In this document: positions 1 through 9,835 of the stretch, in pieces
How the letters are laid out: the number at the start of each line of letters is the position of its first letter
Numbering within the stretch: the stretch's first letter is position 1
NCBI GenBank assembly: GCA_015490175.1
Contig: WFYJ01000052.1
Span: 10,974 to 74,973, forward strand
Reading direction: 5' to 3'
Source of the DNA: Saprospiraceae bacterium
GTDB taxonomy: Bacteria > Bacteroidota > Bacteroidia > Chitinophagales > Saprospiraceae
DNA: 64,000 nucleotides
Notes under the pieces: generated by a model
Database searches by the model: none
The model's input: the letters and a program-made list of their open reading frames with translations, nothing else
What the model was told of the DNA's origin: nothing
Made by a program: the position numbers and the translations under genes

Positions 1-2
1 GG

Positions 3-281
3 GCGCTCCTCTACGAAGGGCTCAAACATTACTTCCTCATCAGTTTCCCGCAACGGGCCGGCGCCCTCCGCGACTTCCTCAACAACGTCCTTGGGCCCGA
101 CGACGACATCACCCGATTCGAGTACACCAAAAAAAACAACCGCGAACGCGGCCCCGCCCTCGTCGGCATCGAGCTGAAACACCCCCAGGACTACGACGCG
201 CTCATCGAGCGCATGGAACGGCACGGCATCAGCTACCAGACACTCAACGACAACCCCATGCTTTTCGAAATGCTGGTTTGA
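3..281 (+). CDS. ilvA: threonine ammonia-lyase (biosynthetic threonine dehydratase), C-terminal regulatory domain; 5' end lies outside the window
   Basis: Frame 3 is open from the window edge to TGA at 279-281. The translation ...FPQRAGALRDFLNNVLGPDDDITRFEYTKKNNRERGPALVGIEL...HGISYQTLNDNPMLFEMLV is a typical IlvA ACT-like C-terminus. Confidence 0.85.
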   Translation, partial: ALLYEGLKHYFLISFPQRAGALRDFLNNVLGPDDDITRFEYTKKNNRERGPALVGIELKHPQDYDALIERMERHGISYQTLNDNPMLFEMLV

Positions 282-512
282 AGCTGGAAGATTTGAGGAT
301 CGAGCGCACTGAAAAAAGTCCGGAAGATCGTTCAGTTACACAGAGCATCCACCGAGCACACACTGAGTTTCAAAGAGTTGCAAAAACTGCGCGCAAACTG
401 CGTCCATCTGCGGCTGAAAGCTGCGGTTTTTGGCTGAGCAATCGAGGAACCGAGGATTTGACAAGAAATTGGTGATCAACAAGAAAAACGCCAAACGCCA
501 AACCCTCAACCA
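282..512. repeat. intergenic mosaic repeat cluster R1 (family-B unit plus (GAACCGAG)n and CCCTCAAC modules)
   Basis: Contains gatttgaggatcgag..ctgaaaaaagtccgg..cagttacacagagc..gagttgcaaaaactgcgcgcaaactgcgtccatctgcggctgaaagctgcggttt..gaggaaccgaggatttgac. The same modules recur at 9876, 17715, 41085, 42395 (reverse), 50505 and 62540. Confidence 0.85.
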
Positions 513-613
513 GCAAAAAAGGCAGTCCGGCACCACGGCCGAACTGCCCTTACCCGACTATGTAATGACTCTGATGCGTTGGCCGCCGCGAATGGCGTGC
601 CGCATCCGGTCGT

Positions 614-1534
614 TTATGCGATGTAGAGTCCACCCGGCGTTTTGCCCGGCTCACTCGTTTCGGCGATGACCTCCTCTTCGTAGAGGAAGCGCACTTTGGC
701 CTTGACGGGATTGCCCACGCCCACCAAGGCTGAGGGCTTGAGGTCTTTCTCACACAGTGCCTTGCACACCTGCACCAGCTCGTCAGTTTTCGGCATGATG
801 CCCGGATGGATGTGATAGTCAATGGTGCCGCCGAAGAAGCCCGACTGGGCCACGTGGTTGAGGATGCCCTGGTAGGTCTGCACGACGGTGGTGGCGAAGC
901 GCTCGTAAGAGTCGAAGCCGATGGCGACCAGCACGTTGCCGTTTTCCTTGTGCTGGCCGATCTGCAGGAACGAGCCGTCGTCGCTCTGTTGCTGGCCTTC
1001 GTTTTCGTCCATGACAGCAATAGCCACGATCTCGCCATCTTCCAGCATGAACAGCGAGGTGGTGATGGGTTCACTCTCGCCCGACTGGTACATCTCGAGG
1101 GCGATATGGCCGAGCCGTTCGATCTGTTCCTGCTGATCGGCATCCACGGCGAGCAGGAAGCCCTGCATGGGAATGGCCACGACGATGGAAGCGGCCCCCA
1201 GCTTTTCCTGAACCTGTTTCATGAAGCCCGGCTCGAGGATGGTCTCGGCGGTGAGCGGGTGATTCTGCACGAAAGCAATCTTGAACCCTTCCACCTCTTC
1301 GACGCCGATGTCGAGATTCAGCTCGCGCAGAGCGGCGAGACTTTCTTCCTCGTATCTGGGCAAGAGCACCTTGAGCTCTTCTTCGCTCTGCGCTTCCAGA
1401 ATGTGTACGTCTTCACCTTCCAGCTTGCCATAGGCTACCACCGGGCTTTGCGGGTGGTCGGCGAGCTGCTGGCGGAAAATGAGGGGATGGTTGGCTGCCC
1501 AGCCGGCTGGCCTGAGAATGGGAATGATGGACAT
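614..1534 (-). CDS. hypothetical protein (acidic, cytoplasmic-looking; family not recognised)
   Basis: The track ORF 614..1576 starts at TTG; the first ATG is at 1534 (MSIIPILRP...). It is a long protein-like ORF with no competing gene, and the other-frame ORFs here look like GC-rich shadows. Confidence 0.6.
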   Translation of the reverse strand: MSIIPILRPAGWAANHPLIFRQQLADHPQSPVVAYGKLEGEDVHILEAQSEEELKVLLPRYEEESLAALRELNLDIGVEEVEGFKIAFVQNHPLTAETILEPGFMKQVQEKLGAASIVVAIPMQGFLLAVDADQQEQIERLGHIALEMYQSGESEPITTSLFMLEDGEIVAIAVMDENEGQQQSDDGSFLQIGQHKENGNVLVAIGFDSYERFATTVVQTYQGILNHVAQSGFFGGTIDYHIHPGIMPKTDELVQVCKALCEKDLKPSALVGVGNPVKAKVRFLYEEEVIAETSEPGKTPGGLYIA

Positions 1535-1666
1535 GAGTAAAGTAAAAATTGATGAAAAAATGGAATTCCGAACCAATTCGAAGTAGTACGATGTCGGAAT
1601 ACAGTTACAACAGTTGGTGCAGATGAGGGTTGTCTTGCTTTCGCAAAAAGAAGGAAAATCTGCGAG

Positions 1667-2821
1667 TTAATGTCCATGCCGGGCCACTTTTTGCGAAAGC
1701 AGCGAGACAATTTCATCGGCCACGCGACGGGCCACGCCCGGCTGTCCGAGCTTTTTGCGCAAAGCGGCATATCCGGATTGCACTTGCGCCAGGCGCTCGG
1801 GATCGAACAACTGATCCAGCTCGGCGGCCGTGCGCGCCGCGTTGAAGTCGTCCTGGATCAGCTCGGTCACCAGCGCCTCACCCATGATCAGGTTGACCAG
1901 CGAGATGTAAGGCACCTTGATCAGTCGCCGGGCAATGAGGTAGGAAAGATAGTTGCCGCGGTAGCACACCACCTGCGGTACGCCGAACATGGCCGTTTCG
2001 AGCGTGGCCGTGCCCGAGGTGACCAGCGCCGCATCAGCTACCGACAGCAGCGGCCACGTCTGGTTGTGCACCAGATGCAGGTTGTCGCTCCGGGCACGCG
2101 CAAAGAATGGCGAGTAGCACTCGGGATCCATGGAAGGAGCGCCCGCAATGACGAACTGTCGGTGGGGCTGGCGCTGCGCCACCTCCAGCATCACGCCGAG
2201 GGCACGCCTGATTTCCTGCTTTCGGCTCCCCGGCAGCAGGGCCACGATGGGTGTATCGGTGTCCAGGCCATGCCTTTCGGCAAATGCCGCCCGGTCGGGT
2301 GCTTGCCCTTCCAGGAAATCGGTCACTTCGTCCACGAGGGGATGCCCGAAATACGACACCTCGATGCCATGACGCGCGTAAAACGCCTGCTCGAAAGGCA
2401 GGATCACGAACATGCGATCGACCGACCGACGGATGGTCGCTACCCTGCCCTCCTTCCAGGCCCACACTTGCGGACTGATGTAGTAGAATACCTTGATGCC
2501 GCGGGCTCTGGCCCACTGCGCCATGCGCAGATTGAAGCCCGGATAGTCGATGAGGATGAGCGCATCGGGCCGAAAGGCGAGGATGTCGCGCTTGCATTTG
2601 GCCATGAGCCTCAGGATGGTCGGCAGGTTGCGCACCACCTCGACGAAGCCCATGAAGGCCGTGTCGCGGTAGTGCACGTCGAGCTGCATGCCCTCGCGCG
2701 CCATCAGGTCGCCGCCCCAGCCGCGCACCCTGGCATCGGGATCGGCCTGGTGCAATCCGCGCACCAGCCACGAGCCGTGCAGGTCGCCAGAGGCCTCTCC
2801 TGCTATGATGTAGTATTTCAT
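1667..2821 (-). CDS. lpxB: lipid-A-disaccharide synthase
   Basis: N-terminus MKYYIIAGEASGDLHGSWLV... and overall length (384 aa) fit LpxB. ATG at 2821. Confidence 0.95.
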   Translation of the reverse strand: MKYYIIAGEASGDLHGSWLVRGLHQADPDARVRGWGGDLMAREGMQLDVHYRDTAFMGFVEVVRNLPTILRLMAKCKRDILAFRPDALILIDYPGFNLRMAQWARARGIKVFYYISPQVWAWKEGRVATIRRSVDRMFVILPFEQAFYARHGIEVSYFGHPLVDEVTDFLEGQAPDRAAFAERHGLDTDTPIVALLPGSRKQEIRRALGVMLEVAQRQPHRQFVIAGAPSMDPECYSPFFARARSDNLHLVHNQTWPLLSVADAALVTSGTATLETAMFGVPQVVCYRGNYLSYLIARRLIKVPYISLVNLIMGEALVTELIQDDFNAARTAAELDQLFDPERLAQVQSGYAALRKKLGQPGVARRVADEIVSLLSQKVARHGH

Positions 2822-2860
2822 GCTTCAATGATTGGAAGTCAGCTCAACCGCCGAGGAGAC

Positions 2861-3160
2861 TCAGAGCAGCTTGCGGCCGTACACCCACATCCACAGCACG
2901 ATGAAGACGAAAGTGGGAAAAACCACTCCGCGCATGGCCTGCCACATGCGTCGCTTCTGAAAGCGCTGCAACAGGATGGCATTCGACGCCAGCGCCACGA
3001 GTGCGATGGTGCGCGCCCTGAAATTTTCCGAAAGGGGGATGCCGGACGTCCATCCGGCCGCATCGAAGGCGGCAAAGAGGCCGTGCAACAACAGGAACAC
3101 GACCACAGGCAGCGCGATGCCTGCAGTCATTCCATAGCCGATCGTGTTGCGTGCAGTCAT
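2861..3160 (-). CDS. small integral membrane protein (about 3 predicted TM helices), unknown function
   Basis: 99-aa hydrophobic ORF. Its ATG (3160-3158) overlaps the surE stop (3159-3157) in an ATGA junction, and it lies between surE and lpxB on the same strand. Confidence 0.55.
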   Translation of the reverse strand: MTARNTIGYGMTAGIALPVVVFLLLHGLFAAFDAAGWTSGIPLSENFRARTIALVALASNAILLQRFQKRRMWQAMRGVVFPTFVFIVLWMWVYGRKLL

Positions 3161-3951
3161 TGGTTGGCAGGTGTGTGAACAATGCTTTTTTCCATGGCCT
3201 TGAGTGCGGGGATGGCCGCATGGACCGTCAGGTCGTGGCCCGAAGGCACCACCGACACGTAACCACGCATCAGGGCTCCCACGTCGGTGTCTTCGCCGTC
3301 GTCATTGCACTCGAAGCGCCCCGTGAGCCAGTAGTACGGCTCGCCCCGCGGGTCGCGCGCCTCCATGAAGTCTTCCACCCATCGCCCCTCGGCCTGGCGG
3401 CACACGCGCAGCCCCTTGATCTGCGACAGCGGCAGTTTGGGCACGTTGACGTTGAGCAGCTTGCAGCCGTCGAGGCCGTGGGCCAGCACCCACTCGACGA
3501 TGCGCGCTGCATAATGGCGGGCCGCCGTGAAGTCGGCATCCCAGCCATAGTCGAGCAAGCTGAAGCCAACGGACGGAATGCCCTCGAGCGAGGCTTCCAT
3601 GGCGGCCGAGAGCGTGCCCGAGTAGAGGATGTTGATCGAGGCGTTGGAGCCGTGGTTGATGCCCGACAGGCAGAGGTCGGGCACGCGATCCTTCAGCACC
3701 ACGTGGCGCGCCAGCTTGACGCAGTCCACGGGTGTGCCCGAACATTCCCAGGCATCGAAGTCCTCGAACACTTCCACCTTGTTGAGGCGCAGCGGTTCGG
3801 CAATGGTGATGGCATGGCCTTGCGCCGATTGGGGCGAGTCGGGTGCCACCACGACAACCTCACCAAACGCGCGGGCCACTTCCACCAGGGCACGCAGGCC
3901 GGGGGCAGCGATGCCGTCGTCGTTGGTGACCAGAATGAGCGGTTTTTTCAT
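3157..3951 (-). CDS. surE: 5'/3'-nucleotidase SurE
   Basis: MKKPLILVTNDDGIAAPGLRAL... and the GINHGSN motif. The true ATG is at 3951; the track ORF extends upstream to 4110. Confidence 0.95.
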   Translation of the reverse strand: MKKPLILVTNDDGIAAPGLRALVEVARAFGEVVVVAPDSPQSAQGHAITIAEPLRLNKVEVFEDFDAWECSGTPVDCVKLARHVVLKDRVPDLCLSGINHGSNASINILYSGTLSAAMEASLEGIPSVGFSLLDYGWDADFTAARHYAARIVEWVLAHGLDGCKLLNVNVPKLPLSQIKGLRVCRQAEGRWVEDFMEARDPRGEPYYWLTGRFECNDDGEDTDVGALMRGYVSVVPSGHDLTVHAAIPALKAMEKSIVHTPANQ

Positions 3952-4097
3952 TTGCTTTCGGGTTGGAAGGCCAAAGATACGGCGATGCCCCGACGATGGG
4001 GTTGCAGGTCCGGCTTCGCTGCGTGTTTGACCAGACGCGAGCGGACAATTGACGCTGCGCTTACAGAAGCCCGGAAGCCAGGCCGTAGTTTCGCGGC

Positions 4098-5147
4098 ATG
4101 AATCACACAAAACGCACGCAACGCGGCCCTGTCGGCGTGCTGCTCGTCAATCTCGGCACACCCGATGAGCCCGGGCGCGGTGCCGTGTACCGCTACCTTC
4201 GGCAGTTCCTTTCCGACCGGCGCGTCATTGACGTGCCCTTTGTACGCCACGTCATCATGCCGCTGTTCGTGGTTCCCTTCCGCGCAGGCGAGAGTGCCAA
4301 AGCCTATCGCAAGCTGTGGACCGCAGCCGGCTCACCGCTCAAGGTGTACGGCGAAGCACTGGCCCGAGGCGTGCAGGAACGCCTCGGCAATGACTTCGTC
4401 GTCGAACTGGCCATGCGCTACCAGCAGCCATCCATTGCATCTGCCATTGACCGCCTGCTCGCCGCCCGCATCCGCCACCTCGTGGTGTTGCCGCTCTTTC
4501 CCCAATATGCCGCCAGCACCACGGCCAGCATCCAGGCCGAAGTGATGCGCGTACTCGAAACCAAATGGTACATCCCGCCCCTCACCATCGCCGACAGCTT
4601 CTTTGACGATCCCGACTTTCTGGCACTGTTCGCCAAAAAAGGGCGCCGGTTCGATCCGGAGCGCTACGACCACGTGCTGTTCAGCTATCACGGCTTGCCC
4701 GAACGCCACCTGACCAAAGCACCGGGTGGCGAAAGCTGCCTCAAAGGCGACTGCTGCGCCCGCATCCATCCGGGCAACCAGTACTGCTACCGCGCGCAAT
4801 GCGCCGCCACCACGCGCGGCATCGCCTCTCTGCTGAACCTCACGCCCGACCGCTATACCATGTGTTTCCAATCGCGTCTGGGGCGCGATCCCTGGCTGCA
4901 ACCCTACACCGAAGACACGGTGCGCCAACTGGCGGCCCAGGGTGCGCGAAGGGTGCTCGTCTTCTGTCCCGCTTTCGTGAGCGACTGCCTGGAAACGACC
5001 ATCGAGATTGGCGAAGAGTACGCCGAAGTATTCAGAGAGGCCGGAGGCCAGCAGCTCGACCTGGTACCTTCGCTCAACGACGATCCGGAATGGATCGACC
5101 TGGTGAGCCGAATGGTGCACCAATGGCTGCCACCAGCCAGATCGTGA
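4098..5147 (+). CDS. hemH: ferrochelatase
   Basis: GVLLVNLGTPDEP N-terminal motif, ...LPLFPQYAASTT..., 349 aa. ATG at 4098. Confidence 0.95.
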   Translation: MNHTKRTQRGPVGVLLVNLGTPDEPGRGAVYRYLRQFLSDRRVIDVPFVRHVIMPLFVVPFRAGESAKAYRKLWTAAGSPLKVYGEALARGVQERLGNDFVVELAMRYQQPSIASAIDRLLAARIRHLVVLPLFPQYAASTTASIQAEVMRVLETKWYIPPLTIADSFFDDPDFLALFAKKGRRFDPERYDHVLFSYHGLPERHLTKAPGGESCLKGDCCARIHPGNQYCYRAQCAATTRGIASLLNLTPDRYTMCFQSRLGRDPWLQPYTEDTVRQLAAQGARRVLVFCPAFVSDCLETTIEIGEEYAEVFREAGGQQLDLVPSLNDDPEWIDLVSRMVHQWLPPARS

Positions 5148-5235
5148 GGCAAGAATTTTCCCTTTTTTCTGATTGAAAATGAAACTCGTGGGTGCCAGAA
5201 GGCGTTGTTGTCCCTGAAAAAATCACAGCCAGGTC

Positions 5236-5265
5236 TTGCAAATCCTGAGAACCGCCTTATCTTTG
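5236..5265 (+). promoter_or_regulatory. Bacteroidota-type promoter for tRNA-Lys (TTG at -33, TAtcTTTG at -7)
   Basis: tatctttg at 5258-5265 matches TAnnTTTG. TTG at 5236-5238 lies 19 nt upstream. The tRNA starts at 5323. Confidence 0.5.
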
Positions 5266-5322
5266 CATCGCCTTTGAAAAAAGGGGGTCACCCAAACGAA
5301 ATTTCAAGGCTGAACACAGGTC

Positions 5323-5396
5323 GACTCCGTAGCTCAGCTGGTTAGAGCACTTGACTTTTAATCAAGGGGTCCTGGGTTCGAATCCCAGCGGAGTCA
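5323..5396 (+). tRNA. tRNA-Lys (anticodon UUU)
   Basis: Folded by hand into a cloverleaf: acceptor GACTCCG/CGGAGTC, D-arm GCTC/GAGC, anticodon stem CTTGA/TCAAG with loop CTTTTAA, T-arm CTGGG-TTCGAAT-CCCAG, discriminator A. CCA is not encoded. Confidence 0.9.
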
Positions 5397-5404
5397 CAAA
5401 TGCG

Positions 5405-5438
5405 AAAGCCGCGTTCGTGATCGAGCGCGGCTTTTTTT
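5405..5438 (+). terminator. rho-independent terminator after tRNA-Lys
   Basis: Stem GCCGCG (5408-5413) / CGCGGC (5426-5431) followed by T7 (5432-5438). Confidence 0.65.
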
Positions 5439-5498
5439 CTTATCCGCCTTTCGGCAAATGACGCCCTTGCCCGGTGCAAGGCAGGTGCGGCTACCACC

Positions 5499-6242
5499 TT
5501 ACATGAACCTGCTGAGAAACTTGATGATGCGATTGACGTTGTAGCGAGCGTAAAGCGCCAGCGCCTTGTCGGCGCTTGCTTTGCCTTCCTCTGCGCGATC
5601 GGCCGCTGCCGCCGCCTCGTTGATATTGGCCGAAATGGCGGAAATGAGCAGGATGCGGCTCTCGGGATAAGGGATGCCGTACTTGCGGGCATACACCAGC
5701 AGGAAGCGGCAGATCTGCACGGCCATCTGGTTGAGGTCCTCCTTGCGAAACTCATCGCGCACCAAAGCGCACGACCGCAAGAACGTGCGATAGTATTCGC
5801 GCAGACAGCGATTGGTCAGCTTGACGGCCAACGTGTAGCGCCCCGCCAGAATGGCGCCGTCGATGCGCCGAAGGTATCGGTTTACTTTTTCGATTTGCTT
5901 TTCCCGCTCGGGCAGATCGGGCAGCCACTCTCCCCTGCCCTCGAGCATCATGCGCAGGTCGAACGTCTCGACCGGAAAGGCAAACTGGAGGTCTTCGCAC
6001 ACCTGGGCCACCACCTTTTTCAGGTCTTCTTCGGGCAGATCGAGCAGCAGGTGATACACGGCATTTGCGGTAAGCTGCTCACCAGGCCGGGGCACCCATA
6101 CACTCGAGTCGAACAGCTCGGGACGCGTCAGGCGAACGAGCGCATACAGGTTGCGCAGCGACCAGTTGGTCTCCGGCTTCCGCTCGGCTTTGCCAACCAG
6201 CTCAACCAGCTTTTCCGCAAGACGTGGCCCGTTGATTTCCAT
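5499..6242 (-). CDS. hypothetical all-alpha-looking protein (247 aa), family not recognised; downstream neighbour of the nuclease-helicase
   Basis: The track ORF 5499..6350 begins at TTG; the first ATG is at 6242 (MEINGPRLAEKLVEL...). The composition is protein-like and I recognise no motif. Confidence 0.6.
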   Translation of the reverse strand: MEINGPRLAEKLVELVGKAERKPETNWSLRNLYALVRLTRPELFDSSVWVPRPGEQLTANAVYHLLLDLPEEDLKKVVAQVCEDLQFAFPVETFDLRMMLEGRGEWLPDLPEREKQIEKVNRYLRRIDGAILAGRYTLAVKLTNRCLREYYRTFLRSCALVRDEFRKEDLNQMAVQICRFLLVYARKYGIPYPESRILLISAISANINEAAAAADRAEEGKASADKALALYARYNVNRIIKFLSRFM

Positions 6243-6403
6243 GCAGTTGAAAATTTTCACAAAGGTACGAACAGCCCATGGACAAATGAACGGTCGTTCA
6301 TTTTTTTTTAACGCCCGAACAGGCCTTTTCGCTGCGAACGATGGGCACAATCAGGCCGTTTTTCGTACGCTGTTGTGTGCATACCGACAAATGCCGACGA
6401 CAC

Positions 6404-9400
6404 TCAAATTTCGACGCGGTGGCAGCGGCGCAGCAGGTCGGCATACAGGCTCTGTGCGCAGAGGATCTCTTCGGCACCGACGACGATCATCTGCTCGCGA
6501 GCACGCGTCACGGCCACATTGAGCTTGCGATCGACACCCTCGTCATTGAGGTGCATGAGCATCTCGAGCTGCTGCAGCGAGTTGGTGCACAGTGAGAGGA
6601 TGATGATGTCGCGGGCGCCCCCCTGATAGCGCTCCACGGTGTCGATGGTCCAGCGATCGGGGTCAAGCCCCCTGTTGCTCAACACGCTGCGTATGGCGGC
6701 GATCTGGGCGCGGTAGGGCGTGATGACACCCAGGCTCGGCATGGCCGCTTCGCTGCCGTACATATCCTTGAGCGTGCGGATGATGCGCCCCACGGCCCGG
6801 GCTTCTGCCTCATTCTGCTTGCTGTTGCCGAATTCGGCGGGCTCGGTGGGGATGAACAGGAGGCGGTGGGTGGCAAGCGCCACAGCGAGGGGATCGTCCT
6901 TTTGCGGCAACGGCCGCTCAAGGGGACAAACCTGGCGCGCATGTCCGGGCACGCCTTCAGGCAGCAACTGCAGGTTGCCCTCATAGAAGGCCTCGTTGGC
7001 GAAAGCCATCAGCTCGGCATGCATGCGTCCCTGGTGGGTGAGTTTTGCGAAAGCATGACGCTGCCCCTTTTGCTGGTAAAGCACGAACAGCCGCTCAAAA
7101 AGCGAATTGCCCAGGTCTTTCAAGCCTATGTGCAAGAGCCGCCCATCCTGCACCCTGGTGAGGTGGCCGGGCTGGCCGACCACCGCCGGCAATTGCTTGT
7201 GATCGCCGATGAGCATGACGCGCTCGAAGCGCGGCAGCAGACCGGCCAGCATGGGTTCGGTGAGCTGCGAGGCCTCGTCGATGATGACGCGCTGGAACTG
7301 CTTCAGCTCGAACAGCTCGGGGCGGTTCATCATCGTGGACACCGTGCTCACGATGATGCGGCGCTCCTGCAACAGTTGCACCAGCTCGGCGCGCGTGCCG
7401 AGAGTCTTGAGGCGCTCGGAAAGCAACTGGCCGTGAAACTTCGGGTCAGTGGCATATTTCGACCCTACGCGCAGGTAACAATCCTCGATCGCCTTGCCTT
7501 CGGGCAGCCATTCCGGCCCGATCTGGTGGATCGCCGTGCAGATCTCATCGACCGCCCGATTGGTGTAGGCCAGCAACATGAAGTGCTCGTCGGTATGGCG
7601 CAGCAGCCAGGCCACCCATGCATGCAGCATCTTGCTCGTCTTGCCGGTGCCGGGCGGCCCCCACAGCAGGAACACTTCGCCGGCCTCGAGGCCCTGGCGA
7701 AACACCTCTTGCTGCTCGCGGGTCAGGCCTTCCGGCGGCTGGATGTCGCCTGCCGGATCGCCCTTGCGCGGAGCACGCCGTCCCAGCCAGAGTGCCCGCT
7801 TGTCCTTGTCCGCTTCCGCAAATGCAAAAAGGCTGCGATACAGCGAAATGAACGAGCTGTCGAGCAGGTCGGGCTCGAGGTTCCAGCGCGCGAACTGATC
7901 GAAGAATTCGGCATTGCTCTGGCGGGCCCGCAATCGCACCTTCACCACGTCGGAACCGGACTCCAGTACCGTGCACTTGAACAACTGATTGGACAGTGGA
8001 TGGCTGTCGGGGCCCGCAATCGGGTACAGCACGGCGATGTCGCCCTTTCGGAAATTGCTCAGCTCGCAGGTGTCTTCAGTTTTTCGGAATGTCAGGACAG
8101 GCTCGTCCTGGTGCACCCGATTCTCGACAATCTCCAGGTCGTTCAGAATTTCGAATCGCTCCTGCTTTTCGCGCAGCGAGGAGAGCCACAGGCTGGCCTG
8201 GCCACTGCGCATGCCCGCCCCATCGGCGCCCATTTTGGCATAGCGGTGCTCGCGCGCGATGAAACTCACGTAGGCCGCAAACCAGCGCTGCTCGATGGGG
8301 TCGAGCTGCTCGAGGGCTCTGGAAAAGCGCGTCAGGTCATTGCGCTGAAAACCGCTGAGGTTGGGGAAGCGATCGGGATGCAGTTTCAGCAGCAGTTGCC
8401 ACAGGCGCTTGAAGTCCTCTTCCCTCTGGTGGGGACGGGGCCGGCTCAGCTCGCGCTCGAGCCGGATGAGGCGGTTGCGTACCTGCAAGGCATCGTACTG
8501 GTGCGTCTCGATGCGCGGGGCGTAGCGCAGGGCCTGATCGTCGAGGCGCGAGTAGAGGATGTAGTTGCGCGGATTGCCGGCACTGCCAAAGGCCGACCTG
8601 ACGAGCAGGTCGTACAGCAGCGTCTGGGTAAAGTGATTGGTATTGAGGCCGTAGGCGTTCGGCCGAAACAGACCGCCACTTTTCAATTCGATGATGGCCG
8701 TCTGGTCGTCGGAAGGGCGATACAGCAGGTCGAGGCGGCCCTGCAACCCATAGATGTGGGAGAAGAAGGTGGGCTCGAGGTAGGCCTTCGCCGGCTCGAT
8801 GCCGTGGTCCGACTCGGGCAATTCCTTCAGGACGTTTTGCAGGTTCAGGAAGTGCGCACCGGCCCTGGTCAGCAATTTTCTAAGTTCTTGATCGCTCATT
8901 TTTGCGAAAGCAAAAGGGTTGAGCAGGAAGAACCCGCGCATGAACTCCTTGTTCCACTCCAGGCTCTGATCAACCACCAGCTCGTCGAGCATATGGTTGG
9001 CCAGGGTACCGAGGATCAGCGCCTCGGAAGTGGATCGGGGCAGGAAACGCCGCACGAGGTGCAACTCGGGCACTACCCCATCGGGCAAAAAGCACTCGGC
9101 TACGGCCGTCACGTCGATGAGGAAATCGGGTTCGAGCACGATGAGGCGTGGGCGCCATACCTCGTCTTCATCTACTACGTCGAGCAGATGGACCACCACG
9201 GGAAACCCGAAGCTGCGTTCGATATCGCGTTGGACTGCCTCGAAGTAGTCTTCATATCGGGCACGCGGCCCCACCCTGACGGTCCGGCCCTCTTCATCAA
9301 TGCCTTGCAAATACCCTTCGCTCACCCTCATCAGCACGAGCCGCGTCCACTCGGCCACGTGCTCGGCGGTGCGGTGCGGCACACTTCGGCTGGCCGGCGG

Positions 9401-9781
9401 CAACTGCTGGTCGAGCGGGGCGGGCACGGGCAATCCGCTCAGATGAGCCACGGCCTCGGCAAAGGCACGTGCGCTTTCCTGCCATTCCTCCTCGCTCCAA
9501 TGGCGTTTCTGTCCCCGTTCGTAGTGTTCCACCTTTCGCCGGAAGCGCTGCACGGCATACTGCAGCCATTCCGGCGTCTCCGTAGCCTGAAAGGCAAAAG
9601 CGATCCGCGAAAAAAGCGTGTAGAAATGCAGGCCCGAATCCTCGGTCATGGCCACGAAGAATCGCCGCATCAGGTCGGCAAGCAGCTCGATGCGCGATGC
9701 CACCGGCAGGTCTTCGGCGACCAGCCTGGTCAGTTTGGCAAAGAAATACCGACCGGTCAGCTCGGCTTTTTGCGGGTTCAC
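6404..9781 (-). CDS. PD-(D/E)XK (RecB/Cas4-like) nuclease fused to an Upf1/Dna2-like SF1B helicase (AAA_11/AAA_12 type), 1125 aa
   Basis: Nuclease motifs: YLEPTF, GRLDLLYRP, AIIELKSG, QTLLYDLL. Helicase motifs: LLWGPPGTGKTS (Walker A), VIIDEASQ (Walker B), LIGDHKQLPAVV, LTHQGRMH, VITPYRAQ, TVERYQGGARDIIILS, LNVAVTRAREQMIVVG. The start at 9781 is GTG, so the N-terminus is uncertain. Confidence 0.9.
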   Translation of the reverse strand: MNPQKAELTGRYFFAKLTRLVAEDLPVASRIELLADLMRRFFVAMTEDSGLHFYTLFSRIAFAFQATETPEWLQYAVQRFRRKVEHYERGQKRHWSEEEWQESARAFAEAVAHLSGLPVPAPLDQQLPPASRSVPHRTAEHVAEWTRLVLMRVSEGYLQGIDEEGRTVRVGPRARYEDYFEAVQRDIERSFGFPVVVHLLDVVDEDEVWRPRLIVLEPDFLIDVTAVAECFLPDGVVPELHLVRRFLPRSTSEALILGTLANHMLDELVVDQSLEWNKEFMRGFFLLNPFAFAKMSDQELRKLLTRAGAHFLNLQNVLKELPESDHGIEPAKAYLEPTFFSHIYGLQGRLDLLYRPSDDQTAIIELKSGGLFRPNAYGLNTNHFTQTLLYDLLVRSAFGSAGNPRNYILYSRLDDQALRYAPRIETHQYDALQVRNRLIRLERELSRPRPHQREEDFKRLWQLLLKLHPDRFPNLSGFQRNDLTRFSRALEQLDPIEQRWFAAYVSFIAREHRYAKMGADGAGMRSGQASLWLSSLREKQERFEILNDLEIVENRVHQDEPVLTFRKTEDTCELSNFRKGDIAVLYPIAGPDSHPLSNQLFKCTVLESGSDVVKVRLRARQSNAEFFDQFARWNLEPDLLDSSFISLYRSLFAFAEADKDKRALWLGRRAPRKGDPAGDIQPPEGLTREQQEVFRQGLEAGEVFLLWGPPGTGKTSKMLHAWVAWLLRHTDEHFMLLAYTNRAVDEICTAIHQIGPEWLPEGKAIEDCYLRVGSKYATDPKFHGQLLSERLKTLGTRAELVQLLQERRIIVSTVSTMMNRPELFELKQFQRVIIDEASQLTEPMLAGLLPRFERVMLIGDHKQLPAVVGQPGHLTRVQDGRLLHIGLKDLGNSLFERLFVLYQQKGQRHAFAKLTHQGRMHAELMAFANEAFYEGNLQLLPEGVPGHARQVCPLERPLPQKDDPLAVALATHRLLFIPTEPAEFGNSKQNEAEARAVGRIIRTLKDMYGSEAAMPSLGVITPYRAQIAAIRSVLSNRGLDPDRWTIDTVERYQGGARDIIILSLCTNSLQQLEMLMHLNDEGVDRKLNVAVTRAREQMIVVGAEEILCAQSLYADLLRRCHRVEI

Positions 9782-9835
9782 CTCTGCAGTTCAATTTTTT
9801 TTTGGCGAAAGCCGGAATATGTACCCGACGCTTTT

